From Selaginella moellendorffii (Eukaryota > Plantae > Lycopodiophyta), in assembly GCF_000143415.4 (NCBI RefSeq), contig NW_003314279.1:744130-808129 (forward strand): 64,000 nt of DNA, written 5' to 3'. Positions 48,601-62,800 of the stretch are shown piece after piece. Numbering within the stretch: the first letter of the stretch is position 1; each line of letters opens with the position of its first letter. The translations under genes were made by a program, and so were the position numbers. Under the pieces are notes generated by a model. It searched no databases, was not told where the DNA came from, and saw nothing but the letters and a program-made list of their open reading frames with translations.

Positions 48601-51139
48601 CCTATAGTGCTTGGGTTCGAGTCCCAAATCACTAGGGCGTGGTGATGTTTTGGAATATGAGGACACTCATATTTCGGTGGTCATGGACTCTCAGTGAGGA
48701 GATTGGTTTGGGCACACTGCCAAGCAAGGGATGCCTCGGAGTCATGATGCACGGTTAAATTGTTTAAAGTGAAAGCTTAGCATATCTAACTTGAACACTT
48801 TGGTGCAAAGGGCACCAAGGACGTGGTGAATGAGATGGGGACACCTTGTCTCAGTTGCTATGGATCCTTGGCCGGAAGGGCTGGCTTGGGCGCATTGCCA
48901 AGTGTGGAGGATGCCATCGGGGTCTGGAATAGTCAACAATTTAAAAGGGTCTGGAATACCTAGTTCCTATTGGTAGACCTGTTAAGGGGTCAAGATGAGA
49001 TCACTAGGTGATTTTGTGGCTAAACCAAGACAAGGTCTTTATTTGGGTTAAGGAATATGATTCCCAGTTCAAAGGGTTGATTTGAACTATTGATAATGGT
49101 GTGGCTTGGTTGAGGTGACCAAGTGGGAAGGACACCTAAAGGGAAATCAGTTATGCCAATACGATGGTATAGTAAGTCCAAGAAAGTAGTCTCGGGGAAA
49201 GACCCATGGGAGGGTCGCAAAGTTGGGCCGTGGATGAAGCCCGTAGCAGAAATTGCTAAAGAGACCTACTAGGGGTGAGCACCCGCTGGACTTAGCAAAG
49301 TAGAGCCTTTGCCATGGAACCAAAAGGATACCTCGAGAATGGAGGTAGTGATCCTATGTTGCTCAATGCAACAATCAATGAATAAAAGCAAAAGACTAGT
49401 GGCCAAGTGTGGGCCATGGAGTTCATTGGAAGGAATCCAAATGGCAAAGTTAGGCATGGAACACTAATGTGTTGGATGCTAACGGATTGTGAGAAAGGAA
49501 GTATGCTTCCAAGGATGGATTCCCAAATGCTCCAAGTTGGCAAAGGTGAAAGCTCCAAGAGAGGGAGTAGTGAAGTAGCCAAAGGATAGGGCCGTGGATA
49601 GCTCTAGCACAATTTATGATGGCTGGAACTTGGTGCCAAAAGTGGCATAAAATAGAAAGGAGGACGATGGTGCCCTCAAGTGGGGAGCTTCCTAGAATGG
49701 GAAGTGAAGTTGCACAATATATGTAGTGAAAGGTGTCAAAGATACCAAAGAAATTGACTTCGAGAAGTCAAAATTAAAAGTTCCAAAGTGATTTGGTTGT
49801 GTCAATAGAAGATGGGACTACTCAAGAATGAATAGTAGGATTGAGCTAGAGAATGGGTCTCTAATGGGTTTAGCGAGAGCAAACCCAATAAAAGGGAGAG
49901 AACCACCTGAGGTGGTCAAATAAATCTCTATGTTAGAGACACTATGCTCTTTAGAGGTTGGACAAAGCATAGTGAGCCTTTGGTGTCAAACCATTGACAA
50001 ATATTGGCTAAGTGCCAAGGATGGTGAGGTAATACATGCTAGTGTTACTTTATAAAATGGTTTATTGTTTGATGAGGACATTGAACTTCGTCTATGGGTG
50101 GTGGAGTTGTGAGACACAAAATCCCTAGGCCCCAAAGTGGAGCCGAAAGGGTGCCACGTGGTAGTAGCCGAAGCAAAAGCCAAACGAGCATAACACGTTT
50201 GGATTAAAAGGCTCCGACTTGAAAGGTCGAGAGCGGGAGTGGAACTCCCAACGGAGTGCTCAAGGAACGAGCATGAAGCGAGCAATAAGTGAGGCTCCAA
50301 AAAGGGACCCAAAAGGACCAACACATCACATGTAGAAGTGTCCGAGATGGAGTTCGAGGTGGACCCGAGATGGAGTCCAAGATAGAGTCCGAGATGGACC
50401 CGAGTTGGAGTCCGAGGTGGAGTCTGAGATGGAGTTTGATATGGACCAAGATGGAGTCCGAGAAGGACCCGAGATGGAGTCCAAAATGGACCCGAGATGG
50501 AGTCCGAGATGGACCGAGATGGAGTCTGAGATGGAGTCCGAGATGGACCTGAGATGGAGTCCAAAATGGAGTCGAAATGGACCGAGATGGAGTCCGAGGT
50601 CAAGATCGAGACCGGGACTGAGACCGGGACCAAGACCGAGACCGAGACTGAGACCGAGACCGGGACCGAGACCGAGACCGGGACCAAGACCGAGACCAAG
50701 CCCGAGGCCGAGACCAAGCCCGAGCCCGAGTCCGAGTCTGAGTCTGAGTCCGAGTCCGAGTCTGAGTTCGAGTCTGAGAAGGTGAAAGCCCAAAGCGTTC
50801 ATCTCCCAAACCCTAGGGGGTTTGGTGAGCTCCAAAAGTATAGTAAGGGGGAGGATTGCAGTGGAGTCAGTTTGGCCAAGAAAGGCCAGTTTGGCCCAGG
50901 AAGGCCAGACCCAATGTTGGGTGATGAACTGACTACTGGGAAGTCCAAGACTAGAGTGAATATAGACCGACAAGCAGGGTAGCTTGGTGAAGTGTTCAAG
51001 AGCCGACTCTAGTTCCCCCAGGAGATCGACTGGCCAATGCTCCCAGTCCAAGTGTGGGTGGCACTACCTACTTGGATACCTGGTGTGGCTCAACAAAACC
51101 TCGCTCGAAGCCCATGGCTAGAGCACCTAAAAACAGAAG

Positions 51140-54100
51140 TGTGAGACACAAAATCCCTAGGCCCCAAAGTGGAGCCGGAAGGGCGCCACATGGTAGTGGC
51201 CGAAGCGAGAGCCAAACGAGCGTAACACGTTTGGACCAAAAGCTCCAACTTGAAAAGTCAAGAGCGGGAGTGGAACTCCCAATGAAGTGCTCGAGGAACG
51301 AGCACGAAGCGAGCAAAAGGCGAGGCTCCAAAAAGGGGACCCAAAAGGACCAACACATGACACGTGGGAGTGTCCGAGATGGAGTCCGAAGTGGAGTCTG
51401 AGGTGGACCCGAGTTGGAGTCCAAAGTGGAGTCCGAGATGGACCCGAGATGGACCCGAAATGGAGTCCGAGATGGAGTCCGAGGTGGACCCGAGATGGAC
51501 CCGAAATGGAGTCCGAGATGGACCCGAGATGGAGTCCGAGATGGAGTCCGAGATGGAGTCCGAGGTGGACCCAAGATGGACCCGAAATGGAGTCCGAGAT
51601 GGAGTCCGAGATGGACCCGAGATGGAGTCCGAGATGGAGTCCGAGATGGACCCGAGATGGACCCGAAATAGAGTCCGAGATGGAGTCCGAGATGGACCCG
51701 AGATGGAGTCCGAGATGGAGTCCGAGATGGACCCGAGATGGACCCGAGATGGAGTCCGAGATGGAGTCCGAGATGGAGTCCGAGATGGAGTCCGAAGTCG
51801 AGACCGAGACCGGAACCGAGACCGGGACCGAGACCGAGACCGAGACCGAGATCGGGACCGAGACCGAGACCGAGGCCGAGGCCAAGACCGAGCCCGAGCC
51901 CGAGTCCGAGTCCGAGTCCGAGTCCGAGTCCGAGTCCGGAGCCTGAGAGGGTGAAGCCCAAAGCGTTCGTCTCCCAGACCCTGGGGGGTTTGGTGAGCCC
52001 CAAANNNNNNNNNNNNNNNNNNNNNNNNNNNNNNNNNNNNNNNNNNNNNNNNNNNNNNNNNNNNNNNNNNNNNNNNNNNNNNNNNNNNNNNNNNNNNNNN
52101 NNNNGGCCAGGAAAGGCCAGTTTGGCCCAGGAAGGCCAGACCCAGTGTTGGGTGATGAACTGACCACTGGGAAGTCCAAGACTAGAGTGAATACGGACCG
52201 ACAAGCGGGGTAGCTTGGTGAAGTGTTCAAGAGCCGGCTCTAGTTCCCCCGGGAGATCGACTGGCTGATGCTCCCAGTCCAAGTGTGGGTGGCACTACCT
52301 ACTTGGATACCTGGTGTGGCTCAACGGAACCCGCTCTAAGCCCATGGCTAGAGCACCTAAAGGCGATAGATGGGGAGAGTACCCAGGTGGCTCGCGTAAG
52401 GCCACGGTGTTCCGAAATGTTGTCCCAAAGGCCCAGACTGTGGAAAGGAAGAGGAGCAGTCCTCTGGGGTAGTGACCAAGGACATAGTCATGTGGTGAGG
52501 AAGTCCCAGAGGACCGTGGGACTTAGTGGTCGGGCCTGTGGGCCTCGATCCAGTGGCAGTGTTGGCAAACACGGCCAGGGGCAGAAAGGGACTTGGTAGG
52601 AACTGACAAAGGGACTTTGGGGAAGGCAACTCCCCAGGTCTGTGGGCATCCTAAGGATGCTAAGGAGTGGATCTAGGATGACCACTCGTGGACACATGGC
52701 CCAGTCTTGGAGAGACGGGGTGGTGATGCAAGTGGTGTTGAACCACTAGTGCAGTAAAGGTGAATGGCCATGGCCTTAGCGTAACGGGCCGAGATGTTAG
52801 TGGTACCTTTGGGTGTCGGTCTCAGGACCGGACACGTGGAGCACTTGGACCAGGTGCAAGTGTGGAGTGGCATGGATGCCATTCTTGGGGCTAGCAAGTC
52901 CCAAGTCCTAAATTGGACCTATGGAGGTTGTGAACGAGACTCCTCTAAGTGGTTGGAGGTGTGGTTAAGTGACTAAAGTAGAATGGAAAAATTAGTCGCT
53001 TACAATTTGGTATCGGAGCTGTTCCTTAGTCCGACTTTTATTGGTGCTCAAGTATATCACCACTAGTGTTGGCATCGGAAGGTCCGAGGAGTGGGCCTAT
53101 CCTTGAGGAGTAGCAAGTCGGGAAGACATGGCTCTCCACTACAGTTCATGTGTGAACTTGTAGACGAGGTGGTGGATAGAAAAGGGCCAATAATGGAACG
53201 ACTTTGGGATCTTGGGAACAGTGCAAGGTTTTCCTCATTGAGTTGAGGATGTGATCCGGATGAGCATTTGTCTCAGCAAATTGGCTTAGGTTGTTGTGGT
53301 AAACAACTAAAGTTGGGATCACGGGAAAGATAGAGACTCCAAAACAATAAAGGAGTCACAAGATTATCCTCATATAGTTGAGGTTGGTGCTCATGAATGT
53401 GAGACCAAAGGTAATGACCGTGGAAGGTCAAATACGGAAGAGGACTCAAGTCCTTGAAATGGTGGCCGGGGCTACCTCTAATAAATGCTGGAACAACCCA
53501 AGGAGTTGGGGGTGTATTAAGTGGATGAGTTGGTGTTCTCATCACATGGACAAGTAGTCCTAAGGGGCAAAGGTTGCCCCTAGAGAACAAAATCAAGTGT
53601 CGGAGTAACACTTGTGAAAATAGTCCTTTTGAGTAGGACAGGAACGCAAAAAGTGTATTCTAGTGAACTAGTGCCTCACAAGTAGGACCTTACGGGTCTG
53701 TGGATTAACCAAGTCCAAAACTGCTGGATGACTCAAGTAGAGTCAACGAATGGTCCTAAAAGGACTGAATGAAGCATTTGGACTGAGGTGCGTTGTACCC
53801 CACAAAGGATGGGGGGGGGATCATAGGATCCAAGGATGAGAACAGAGAGTATCTCATCGATGGCAAAATGTGCCATGCTAAAGTTATGGGAAAGGTGTTC
53901 CCAGAAGAAAACAACTTTGACATAAAGTTGTGTGTGACCTCTATGGGGCAGTGCTAACAGACGGTTGGCATGAGAAAGAGCGGTGTTGGTCTTGGCAAAG
54001 ACTTAGACACGAAGGGAAATGTCATAGAGGTAGGCTCGTGGAGCCGATGGTGTGGAGACACCAAATGTGCCAAGGTGTGATACCTTGAGGCTATGTTGGT

Positions 54101-57100
54101 GGGTTCATGAGAACCCCTTGCCAAAGGAATCCCAATGGAAATGGGAATGGCATAGCCTAAGCTGCAGAGCATGCAGTTGGAGTGTGGTGACCCAGATGGT
54201 GATGGAGGTGTGCAAGCACCAAGCAATGAGTTGTAGAACTTGACAACCATGAGGCAACTAAGCAAGAGGTGCAAAATAACTGGTTAAACGGGTAGAAGGT
54301 AGCTACCCAAGACTTCTAGTATAGGGAAGTCGGATATACCCTTACGGGGGATAAGTTGCTTATGTTGCGATATAGTAAGTCAATGTCATAAAAGGAAATA
54401 CTCATTGTCAAGAAAGCCATCATTGGGACACCCGAACACTCTAGAACACCAGAAGGTGGTGTTTGATGTCGCGAGGGCAATGGATAAAGCCCAAGGGACT
54501 AAGTCCCTAGCGAATGGTGGATAGAAGGTGCTATCCAAATGTCCAAGGTTGCGGAGACAGGAGAGGACTGTCTACCCGAGTTGGACAAAGCCAAAAATGG
54601 AATTTTGGCAAGGCTAGTGATGGGCATGTAAAGGCCCATAAGCAACAATGTAATCCCAGCGTGTTGGATTATAAGGTGAGCATACCCGGATTGAGGAACC
54701 ACTCCCTAGGCTATTGGGTAGGTTCATCCCTAAGAATACTTGCTAAGGCATGATAGAAAGTGCAAAGCTATCCTCCTGGTCTGGAGGAGAATGACCAAAG
54801 GAAAGGTGTGAAGCCAAAAAGCAAGAAGGGGATAGAACCGAACCATAGGAATGAAAGGGCATAACCAAGGTTGGTTATGCCAGCTGGGAGTGGAGAATCA
54901 AGAGGGTGCTCGAGGATGTTGTTGCTAGCAACCGTGATGCCATAGAGGGTCTAAAATATGGAATTGTCCATGTTAGACTATATGGCAACTATAAAGCTTG
55001 CGAAAGGGGAGGCCTTAGCAAGTTGAGGGACAGAGTTCCTTCAAGGTTCCCAAAGACGATTCTAGGTAGCGTAGTACCTAGAAATGCCAAGTGTAAATGG
55101 TTCATGGAACGCGCGAAATCAGAGTGGCGCAGCAGAAGCGTGGTCTTGAAGCTTGCCATGAGGCAAGGTTATCAAGGTTAGGGAAGTAGTTCCCGAGTGT
55201 TCAAAGAGAGGGCTTTGAACGAAAGTCGATGGTCAAGGACTTTCACGCTTATGCAGGAACCATGTTACAATGGTCGGAGAACTTGCCAAGTGAGATTAGC
55301 ACGTCGGGGGAACAAAGACCCTAGTTGAAGGTGATAACTTCAAAAAGGGTGGGCCATGGGGCCGAGCATGGAGGAGTCCATGCATGATCATAGACATGTC
55401 AAGTGAGAGGACTTGGCAGTGTGGAGGAACTAGGTTCCTAAGCTGTGATCTGTAGCGCGCTTTAAAAAATAAGTTGGTGCACCGGCGTGGGGAGTCACGC
55501 CAGGCATCTTGTGTGATGCCATCCGTAGATGCATATACGGAGGTTGGGTTCGAGTCCCGACCCTCTAGTGCTTGGGTTCGAGTCCCAAATCACTAGGGCG
55601 TGGTGATGGTTTGGAATATGAGGACACTCATATTTCGGTGGTCATGGACTCTCAGTGGGGAGACTGGTTTGGGCACACCGCCAAGCGAGGGATGCCTCGG
55701 AGTCGTGATGCACGGTTAGATTGCTTAGTGTGAAAGCTCAGTATATCTAACTTGAACGCTTTGGTGCAAGTGGCACCAAGGTCGTGGTGAGTGAGATGGG
55801 GACACCTAATCTCAGTTGCTATGAACCCTTGGCCGTAAGGGCTGGCTTGGGTGCACCGCCAAGTGTGGGGGATGCCCCCGGGGTTATAGTCGACAACTTG
55901 GAGGTCTAGAAGACCAAGTACCTCTTGGCAACTCTGTTAAGGTGCCAAGGTGAGATCACTAGGTGATCTTATGGCCAGAAAAGGACAAGGTCCTTGGTTG
56001 GCTAAGGAATGAAGTTCCTGGTTCAAAATGTTGAAATTGAACTGTTTAAGGTGGTGTGGCTTGGTCGTGATAACCAAGTGGGAAGAGCACCTAAGGGAAA
56101 TAAACTATGTCCGTGCGATGGCATAGTGAGTCCGAGGAAAGTAGTCTCTATAAAAGACCCATGGGAGGGTCACGAAGTTGGGCCGTGGATAGAGCCCATA
56201 GCAGAAGATGCTAAAGAGACGTACTAGGGGTGAACATCCTCCGGACTTGGCAAAGAAGAGTCTTTGCTATGGAACCGAAACAATACCTCAAGGAGGGAGG
56301 TAGAGATTCGATGTTGCTTGGTGCAACAATCAACGGATAGGAGCAAAAGATGAGTGGCCAAGATAGGGCCGTGGAATCCCTTGGAAGGAATCCAAGTGAC
56401 AAAGTTAGGCGAGGAACACTAATGTGTTGGACGCTAACAAGTTGCGGGAAAGGAAGTGTGTTTCCAAGGAAGGATTCCGAATTGCTCCGATTTGGCAAAA
56501 GTGGAAGCTCCAAGGGAGGGAGCGGTAAGGTAGCCAAATGATAGGGCGATGAACAGCCCTAGCACAAAGTATGATAACTGGAACTTTGGCACGAAATAGA
56601 AGAGAGGATGATAGTGCCCTCGAGTAGAGAACTTCCTAGGATGGGAAGTGGAGTTGCACAAAAGGTGCAAGGCAAGGTGTCGGAGACACCTAGGAAATTG
56701 ACTCCAAGAAGTCAAAATTCAAAGTTCCAAAGTGCAAAGGTTATATCGATGGAAATTGAGACTACTCGAGAAGGAGTAGTGGGATTGACTTAGAGAAGGG
56801 TCTCTAAGAGGTTTAGCGAGAACTAAACCAATAAAAGGAGAGAACCACTCCTTGTGGTCCAATCAGTCTCTAAGTTGGGGAGACTACCCTCCTTAGAGGA
56901 TAGGCAAGGCATGGTGAGCCTTTGGTGTCAAACCATTGAGGCATATGCAAAAGGCATGGTGAGCCTTCAATGTCAAACCATTGACAAATATTGGCTAGGT
57001 GCCAAGGATGGAAATGGTAACACATACGAGTGTTACTTTACAAAATGGTTTACCGTTCGATGAGGACATCGAACTTCGTCTATGGGTGGTGGAGTTGTGA

Positions 57101-58903
57101 GACACAAAATCCCTAGGCCCCAAAGTGGAGCCGGAAGGGCGCCACATGGTAGTGGCCGAAGCGAGAGCCAAACGAGCGTAACACGTTTGGACCAAAAGCT
57201 CCAACTTGAAAAGTCAAGAGCGGGAGTGGAACTCCCAATGAAGTGCTCGAGGAACGAGCACGAAGCGAGCAAAAGGCGAGGCTCCAAAAAGGGGACCCAA
57301 AAGGACCAACACATGACACGTGGGAGTGTCCGAGATGGAGTCCGAAGTGGAGTCTGAGGTGGACCCGAGTTGGAGTCCAAAGTGGAGTCCGAGATGGACC
57401 CGAGATGGACCCGAAATGGAGTCCGAGATGGAGTCCGAGGTGGACCCGAGATGGACCCGAAATGGAGTCCGAGATGGACCCGAGATGGAGTCCGAGATGG
57501 AGTCCGAGATGGAGTCCGAGGTGGACCCAAGATGGACCTGAAATGGAGTCCGAGATGGAGTCCGAGATGGACCCGAGATGGAGTCCGAGATGGAGTCCGA
57601 GATGGACCCGAGATGGACCCGAAATAGAGTCCGAGATGGAGTCCGAGATGGACCCGAGATGGAGTCCGAGATGGAGTCCGAGATGGACCCGAGATGGACC
57701 CGAGATGGAGTCCGAGATGGAGTCCGAGATGGAGTCCGAGATGGAGTCCGAAGTCGAGACCGAGACCGGAACCGAGACCGGGACCGAGACCGAGACCGAG
57801 ACCGAGATCGGGACCGAGACCGAGACCGAGGCCGAGGCCAAGACCGAGCCCGAGCCCGAGTCCGAGTCCGAGTCCGAGTCCGAGTCCGAGTCCGAGTCCG
57901 GAGCCTGAGAGGGTGAAAGCCCAAAGCGTTCGTCTCCCAGACCCTGGGGGGTTTGGTGAGCTCCAAAAGTATAGTAGGGGGAGGACTGCAGTGGAGCCAG
58001 TTTGGCCAGGAAAGGCCAGTTTGGCCCAGGAAGGCCAGACCCAGTGTTGGGTGATGAACTGACCACTGGGAAGTCCAAGACTAGAGTGAATACGGACCGA
58101 CAAGCGGGGTAGCTTGGTGAAGTGTTCAAGAGCCGGCTCTAGTTCCCCCGGGAGATCGACTGGCTGATGCTCCCAGTCCAAGTGTGGGTGGCACTACCTA
58201 CTTGGATACCTGGTGTGGCTCAACGGAACCCGCTCTAAGCCCATGGCTAGAGCACCTAAAGGCGATAGATGGGGAGAGTACCCAGGTGGCTCGCGTAAGG
58301 CCACGGTGTTCCGAAATGTTGTCCCAAAGGCCCAGACTGTGGAAAGGAAGAGGAGCAGTCCTCTGGGGTAGTGACCAAGGACATAGTCATGTGGTGAGGA
58401 AGTCCCAGAGGACCGTGGGACTTAGTGGTCGGGCCTGTGGGCCTCGATCCAGTGGCAGTGTTGGCAAACACGGCCAGGGGCAGAAAGGGACTTGGTAGGA
58501 ACTGACAAAGGGACTTTGGGGAAGGCAACTCCCCAGGTCTGTGGGCATCCTAAGGATGCTAAGGAGTGGATCTAGGATGACCACTCGTGGACACATGGCC
58601 CAGTCTTGGAGAGACGGGGTGGTGATGCAAGTGGTGTTGAACCACTAGTGCAGTAAAGGTGAATGGCCATGGCCTTAGCGTAACGGGCCGAGATGTTAGT
58701 GGTACCTTTGGGTGTCGGTCTCAGGACCGGACACGTGGAGCACTTGGACCAGGTGCAAGTGTGGAGTGGCATGGATGCCATTCTTGGGGCTAGCAAGTCC
58801 CAAGTCCTAAATTGGACCTATGGAGGTTGTGAACGAGACTCCTCTAAGTGGTTGGAGGTGTGGTTAAGTGACTAAAGTAGAATGGAAAAATTAGTCGCTT
58901 ACA
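51140..58903 (+). mobile_element. Young non-autonomous LTR retroelement of the same family, nested in the outer copy's 3' LTR
   Basis: Near-identical LTRs 51140-53004 and 57096-58903 (TGTGAG…CTTACA). PBS TGGTATCGGAGC (tRNA-iMet type) at 53008-53019; PPT-like ATGGGTGGTGGAGT at 57082-57095. TSD AGAAG at 51135-51139 and 58904-58908. No long internal ORF. Confidence 0.95.
52005..52104. other. Assembly gap (100 N) inside the LTR; the sister LTR suggests only about 40 bp are missing
   Basis: Run of N; compare 57960-58004. Confidence 0.95.
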
Positions 58904-59882
58904 AGAAGGTGGGGAGAGTACCCATGGGGCTCGTGTAGGGCCACGGTGTTTCGAAATGTTGTCCTGAAGTCCCAAATAGGGGTAAGGAGGAGGAGCAATC
59001 CTCTAGTGTAGTGACTATGGATATGGTCACATGGTGAGGAAGTCCTAGAGGACAATGGGACTTAGTGGCCAGGTCTACGGGCCTTGATCTAGTGGTAGTG
59101 TTGGTGAACATGGCCATGGACGGAAAAAGGACTTGGCAGTAATTGACAAAGGGATGTTGGGGAAGGCTATTCCCCATGTCTATGGGCATTCTAAGGATGT
59201 TAAGGAGTGGATCTGGGATGACCACTCATGGACGGACGGCCCAGTCTTGGAGAGATGGGATTGTGATGCAAGTGGTATTGGACCACTAGTGGGGCAAAAG
59301 TGAATGGGCATGGCCTTAGCGTAACGGGTTGATATGTCAGTGGTACCTTTGGGTGTCGGTCTTGGGACTGGACACATGGAGCACTTGGACCAAGTGCAAA
59401 GGATGAGTGGCATGGATGCCATTCTCAAGACTAGCAAGTCCTAAGTCCTGAATTGGACTTAAGGAGGTTGTGAATGAGACTCCTCCAAATGGTTAGAGGT
59501 GTGGTTAAGTGATTAAATTAGAATGGAAAATTTAATCGCTTATAGAGTGAAGGGAGAGAAGCATAGAGAGACTTGGAATAGTCCTAGAGCAACCAGCATC
59601 CCAATGCCACATGCAAAACAGAGCCAAACAAAGTTTGGCGCTATTTCAAGATACCGGTGGCCTAACGCAAGGACATGAGTATTCCACCAGCTAGCATGGT
59701 GTGGAACTTGAGCTTAGACCCAAGCTGGATGCAAAACAAGGATAGACACACAAGCGAGAGCTAGACTATGCCTTAGGTTGGTCGACTATGCCCAATCTAC
59801 CCACTATCCCTATTATACATTTGGAACCCCCTATAGCCCCCCTGCCCCCATTGAGGAACACACGCTTTGGGCTTTCACCACA

Positions 59883-62800
59883 AGCCTCCCTTAGTATCAA
59901 AAGTTAGCCTCTGGGACAAGCTCAAAACTTATTAAATATGGAATAGTGTTAGATTGTGAATTTAGACATGGGATGAACACCATTGTGTTCAGGCCAATTT
60001 CTACATGCCAAATGAGCAAATTTAGACACTTTCCATAATTAGCATTTGGGACTGAATTGAGACTAACACAAAGGGCATAATAGTGAGGGTGTTTGGCAGG
60101 CACGGTAAGTTATCATTTAGCAAATATTAAGGGACCAAGCTCAATAACACGGGGGTTCCCAACACTAGCAAGTGCAAGTCAACATCATGAGTTTCTTGTC
60201 ACCGTGCCAAGTATGCTTGACTAAATAACAACATAGAATTTCCTTCCTTAGTGCCCTTTCGATCTAAGTGCACATGTGATGACCAGTTTCTCAACTAGCT
60301 TAGGCAGAGACTGATAAAGGATCTAGTAATACTGACCTCTTGCCATCGTGGCAGTAAGGAAAGAACATTTGAAAGGACTAGCCGACAGGTAACTTTCGAT
60401 ACCCGAAGTTACATTCGCGACACTCTCCCCCCCTAGGGAAGATCGATGTCCTCGTTGATGCATACTCCAGTCTAGAATACTGCCAAGGAAACAACTCAAG
60501 AAAAAGTTCACGATATTCACACTATGTGAGAAATGCACCAATTTAAATGAGTTAGAATAACTTCTTTGTCTAACGCAGATGCGCTACCAGCTCAGACACC
60601 TTCCAGCCGTCGCCGACAAGGAAATGACCAACGGAGTTAGCCACCCTTGCTGCTCTTGATGTCACCCAGCTTACAAAAGTGTGATACGCCCCTACCCGTA
60701 GGGATATAGAGAGAGAAGGTAGAGGCCCTAACCCTCCTGAGCAAAGAAACTAAACCCGTCGGTAAGGTTTAGATAGACTATTGTAAACAGGCAGTTAGAG
60801 TTGTTTACATGGTCATGCCTTTTTAAACGGAATAAAAAACATCGACAAAGAGACGGGTGATGTGACCAGTCAACAGTAGCTGCCCATGACTAAAGATTTC
60901 ACCATACACACGAAGTGCTGAAGTTAATTTGCCTATACTGGCCCAAACTCAAAGATCAATAGATTGACAATATCAAAGTTATAGACATTGATATCTTAGA
61001 GTCTTAATTATCAGTGGATAAATCCTAGATTAAAACATAAAAGTATTCCAAGTAAGTTATCATCTGATAAACTAGTATAATAGTGTAGGAACCACCAAGA
61101 TCATCATTTTTGGAAACATAGGATTGACTATCCAACAAAATTCAATAGTAAGTATATCATCAAGGAAACTCAATGATGAAACTTAACTACCGAAGATAGC
61201 AAATAGTAAGCCAAACAACTTACGAAAGATAACTCAAAGAACACAAAGTATCATTGACTAACAAGCAAAATGCTCACGAATGTATCACCTAAAAGAAATA
61301 ACATTCCAATCTATCAAAACTAACTCAAGTAATGATCAATAGAATAGAATGAATATTGCATGACCAACAAACATAATATTTATGCTAACTATCGCATTAG
61401 CCAATCTGAATAGATCCTGATCAACAATACAAAAGAACTCAAGTTGCTTAAGCAAGTGTCAATAATATCCTATTGATGTTTCAAACCCAAGAGACCAATC
61501 CAAAGAAAATCACATAGAACATGTGGTATTGTGAAAAGCTATAAGCCATCAAAGAGAACAACTAACTATCATGAAAGAACATTAATCATCCCATCAATGA
61601 AGAGATGCATAATCATCGTTGAAGAAAGAATCTACCATCTTAAAGAATAGCAAATCATTCTATATCAACAACAATCAAGCAAACCTGTTTGATAAGAATA
61701 ATCAACTATCTTAGATGATAGTCAATTATCACCAATGATTACTAGATGCAAATACTAACTTCAACATCAAAGCTATGAGTCAAAATGCCTTCCCCCAATA
61801 ACTTCTAACAAATGGAAGAATAAACATAAAAACTCAAAAAACTAAAAGCTTGAAGAAGCCTATAGCCAAGTCGTGCCTAGCAATGATCACGAGTCTCACA
61901 TGAACTAACTTCAATGCTAAAAAAGAAAATCATGGTATAACCCACAACATCCTCCTCAACACATCCATAAGCTAAACTTCATAATGCAAAGCTAATGAAG
62001 AGCACATTTGTATCAATCCAAAAGTAAAGCACAATGGAGCTATGCTCAACAAATAATCACTAAATCAATCCTCCATGAATCCATCTATAGCAAGATGTAA
62101 CTCACTTCATAACAAGCACAAGAAGAATTATCAATGATCAATATATTCCAACTCAAATCCAACAAGGATTTAAACATTTCAATATCGATCACTAACTCTT
62201 CATTTCATAAAGCTAGCATAGTCCATGATTGAATCACTTTTTAAGGAAAAGCTAAAGCTCAACCCTTACTAAATAATCCCATCTAGAACACAACTAACTC
62301 AAACTTACCACTCGGTTCATTTGAATGTCAACACAGTTGTTAACTAGTAAATGCATGAATGCTAATAACACAAAGCCCTAGCTAAATCATTAATACTATC
62401 TTCATCGAGATTAATGAAACTTGATATCAATCTTATGGAGAGACATCTCATTTTACTTGAATTTCAACATTAATAATATCAAAGAAAAAACATCACTTCA
62501 ATGCCATTAACACTACAACAAAACTAGCATAAAGTAAAAGTGAATCACCACTCAAACTTTTTAGCAACCAAGCTAACCAAAGTTGAAGATACTTTACTTA
62601 GTATCTGAGACTAATCTTTCAACAACACTTAGCTACAAATAACACATCATCAAGAAGTGATTCACCACATCTAAGACTCAATGAAATCCAACACTACAGA
62701 TTAAATGCAACCAAATGACATCGACAAAGGTAAAACCGATATGCTAACATGGAAAAACCATGTAAGTCTAAGGACACGATCCTCCACAACACCATCCGGT

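Larger units (their letters stand above)
44789..59544 (+). mobile_element. Older non-autonomous LTR retroelement (outer copy)
   Basis: 5' LTR starts TGTGAAACAC at 44789; its 3' end and PBS are deleted near 46110. Internal region runs to a PPT-like tract at about 50095-50107. 3' LTR is 50108-51139 plus 58909-59544, ending CGCTTATA. TSD GAGTG at 44784-44788 and 59545-59549. Confidence 0.9.
44531..59882 (-). mobile_element. 3' LTR (about 0.6 kb: 44531-44788 plus 59550-59882) of a minus-strand LTR element, split by nested insertions
   Basis: Termini TGTAGTG…CACCACA. The adjacent AGCCTCCCTTAG (59883-59894) reads as a polypurine tract on the minus strand. A second decayed copy is at 20.8-21.1 kb. 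Confidence 0.65.

Noticed and set aside
53020-57081. gag/pol annotation for the LTR element interior
   Set aside because: Only faint RT- or integrase-like hints; no YxDD, zinc knuckle or DDE motif could be read.
45007-58181. Many long low-complexity ORFs (SPRW, MESE, RDRD, GLGL repeats) in the LTRs
   Set aside because: They result from stop-free tandem repeats open in nearly all frames on both strands; there is no domain content.
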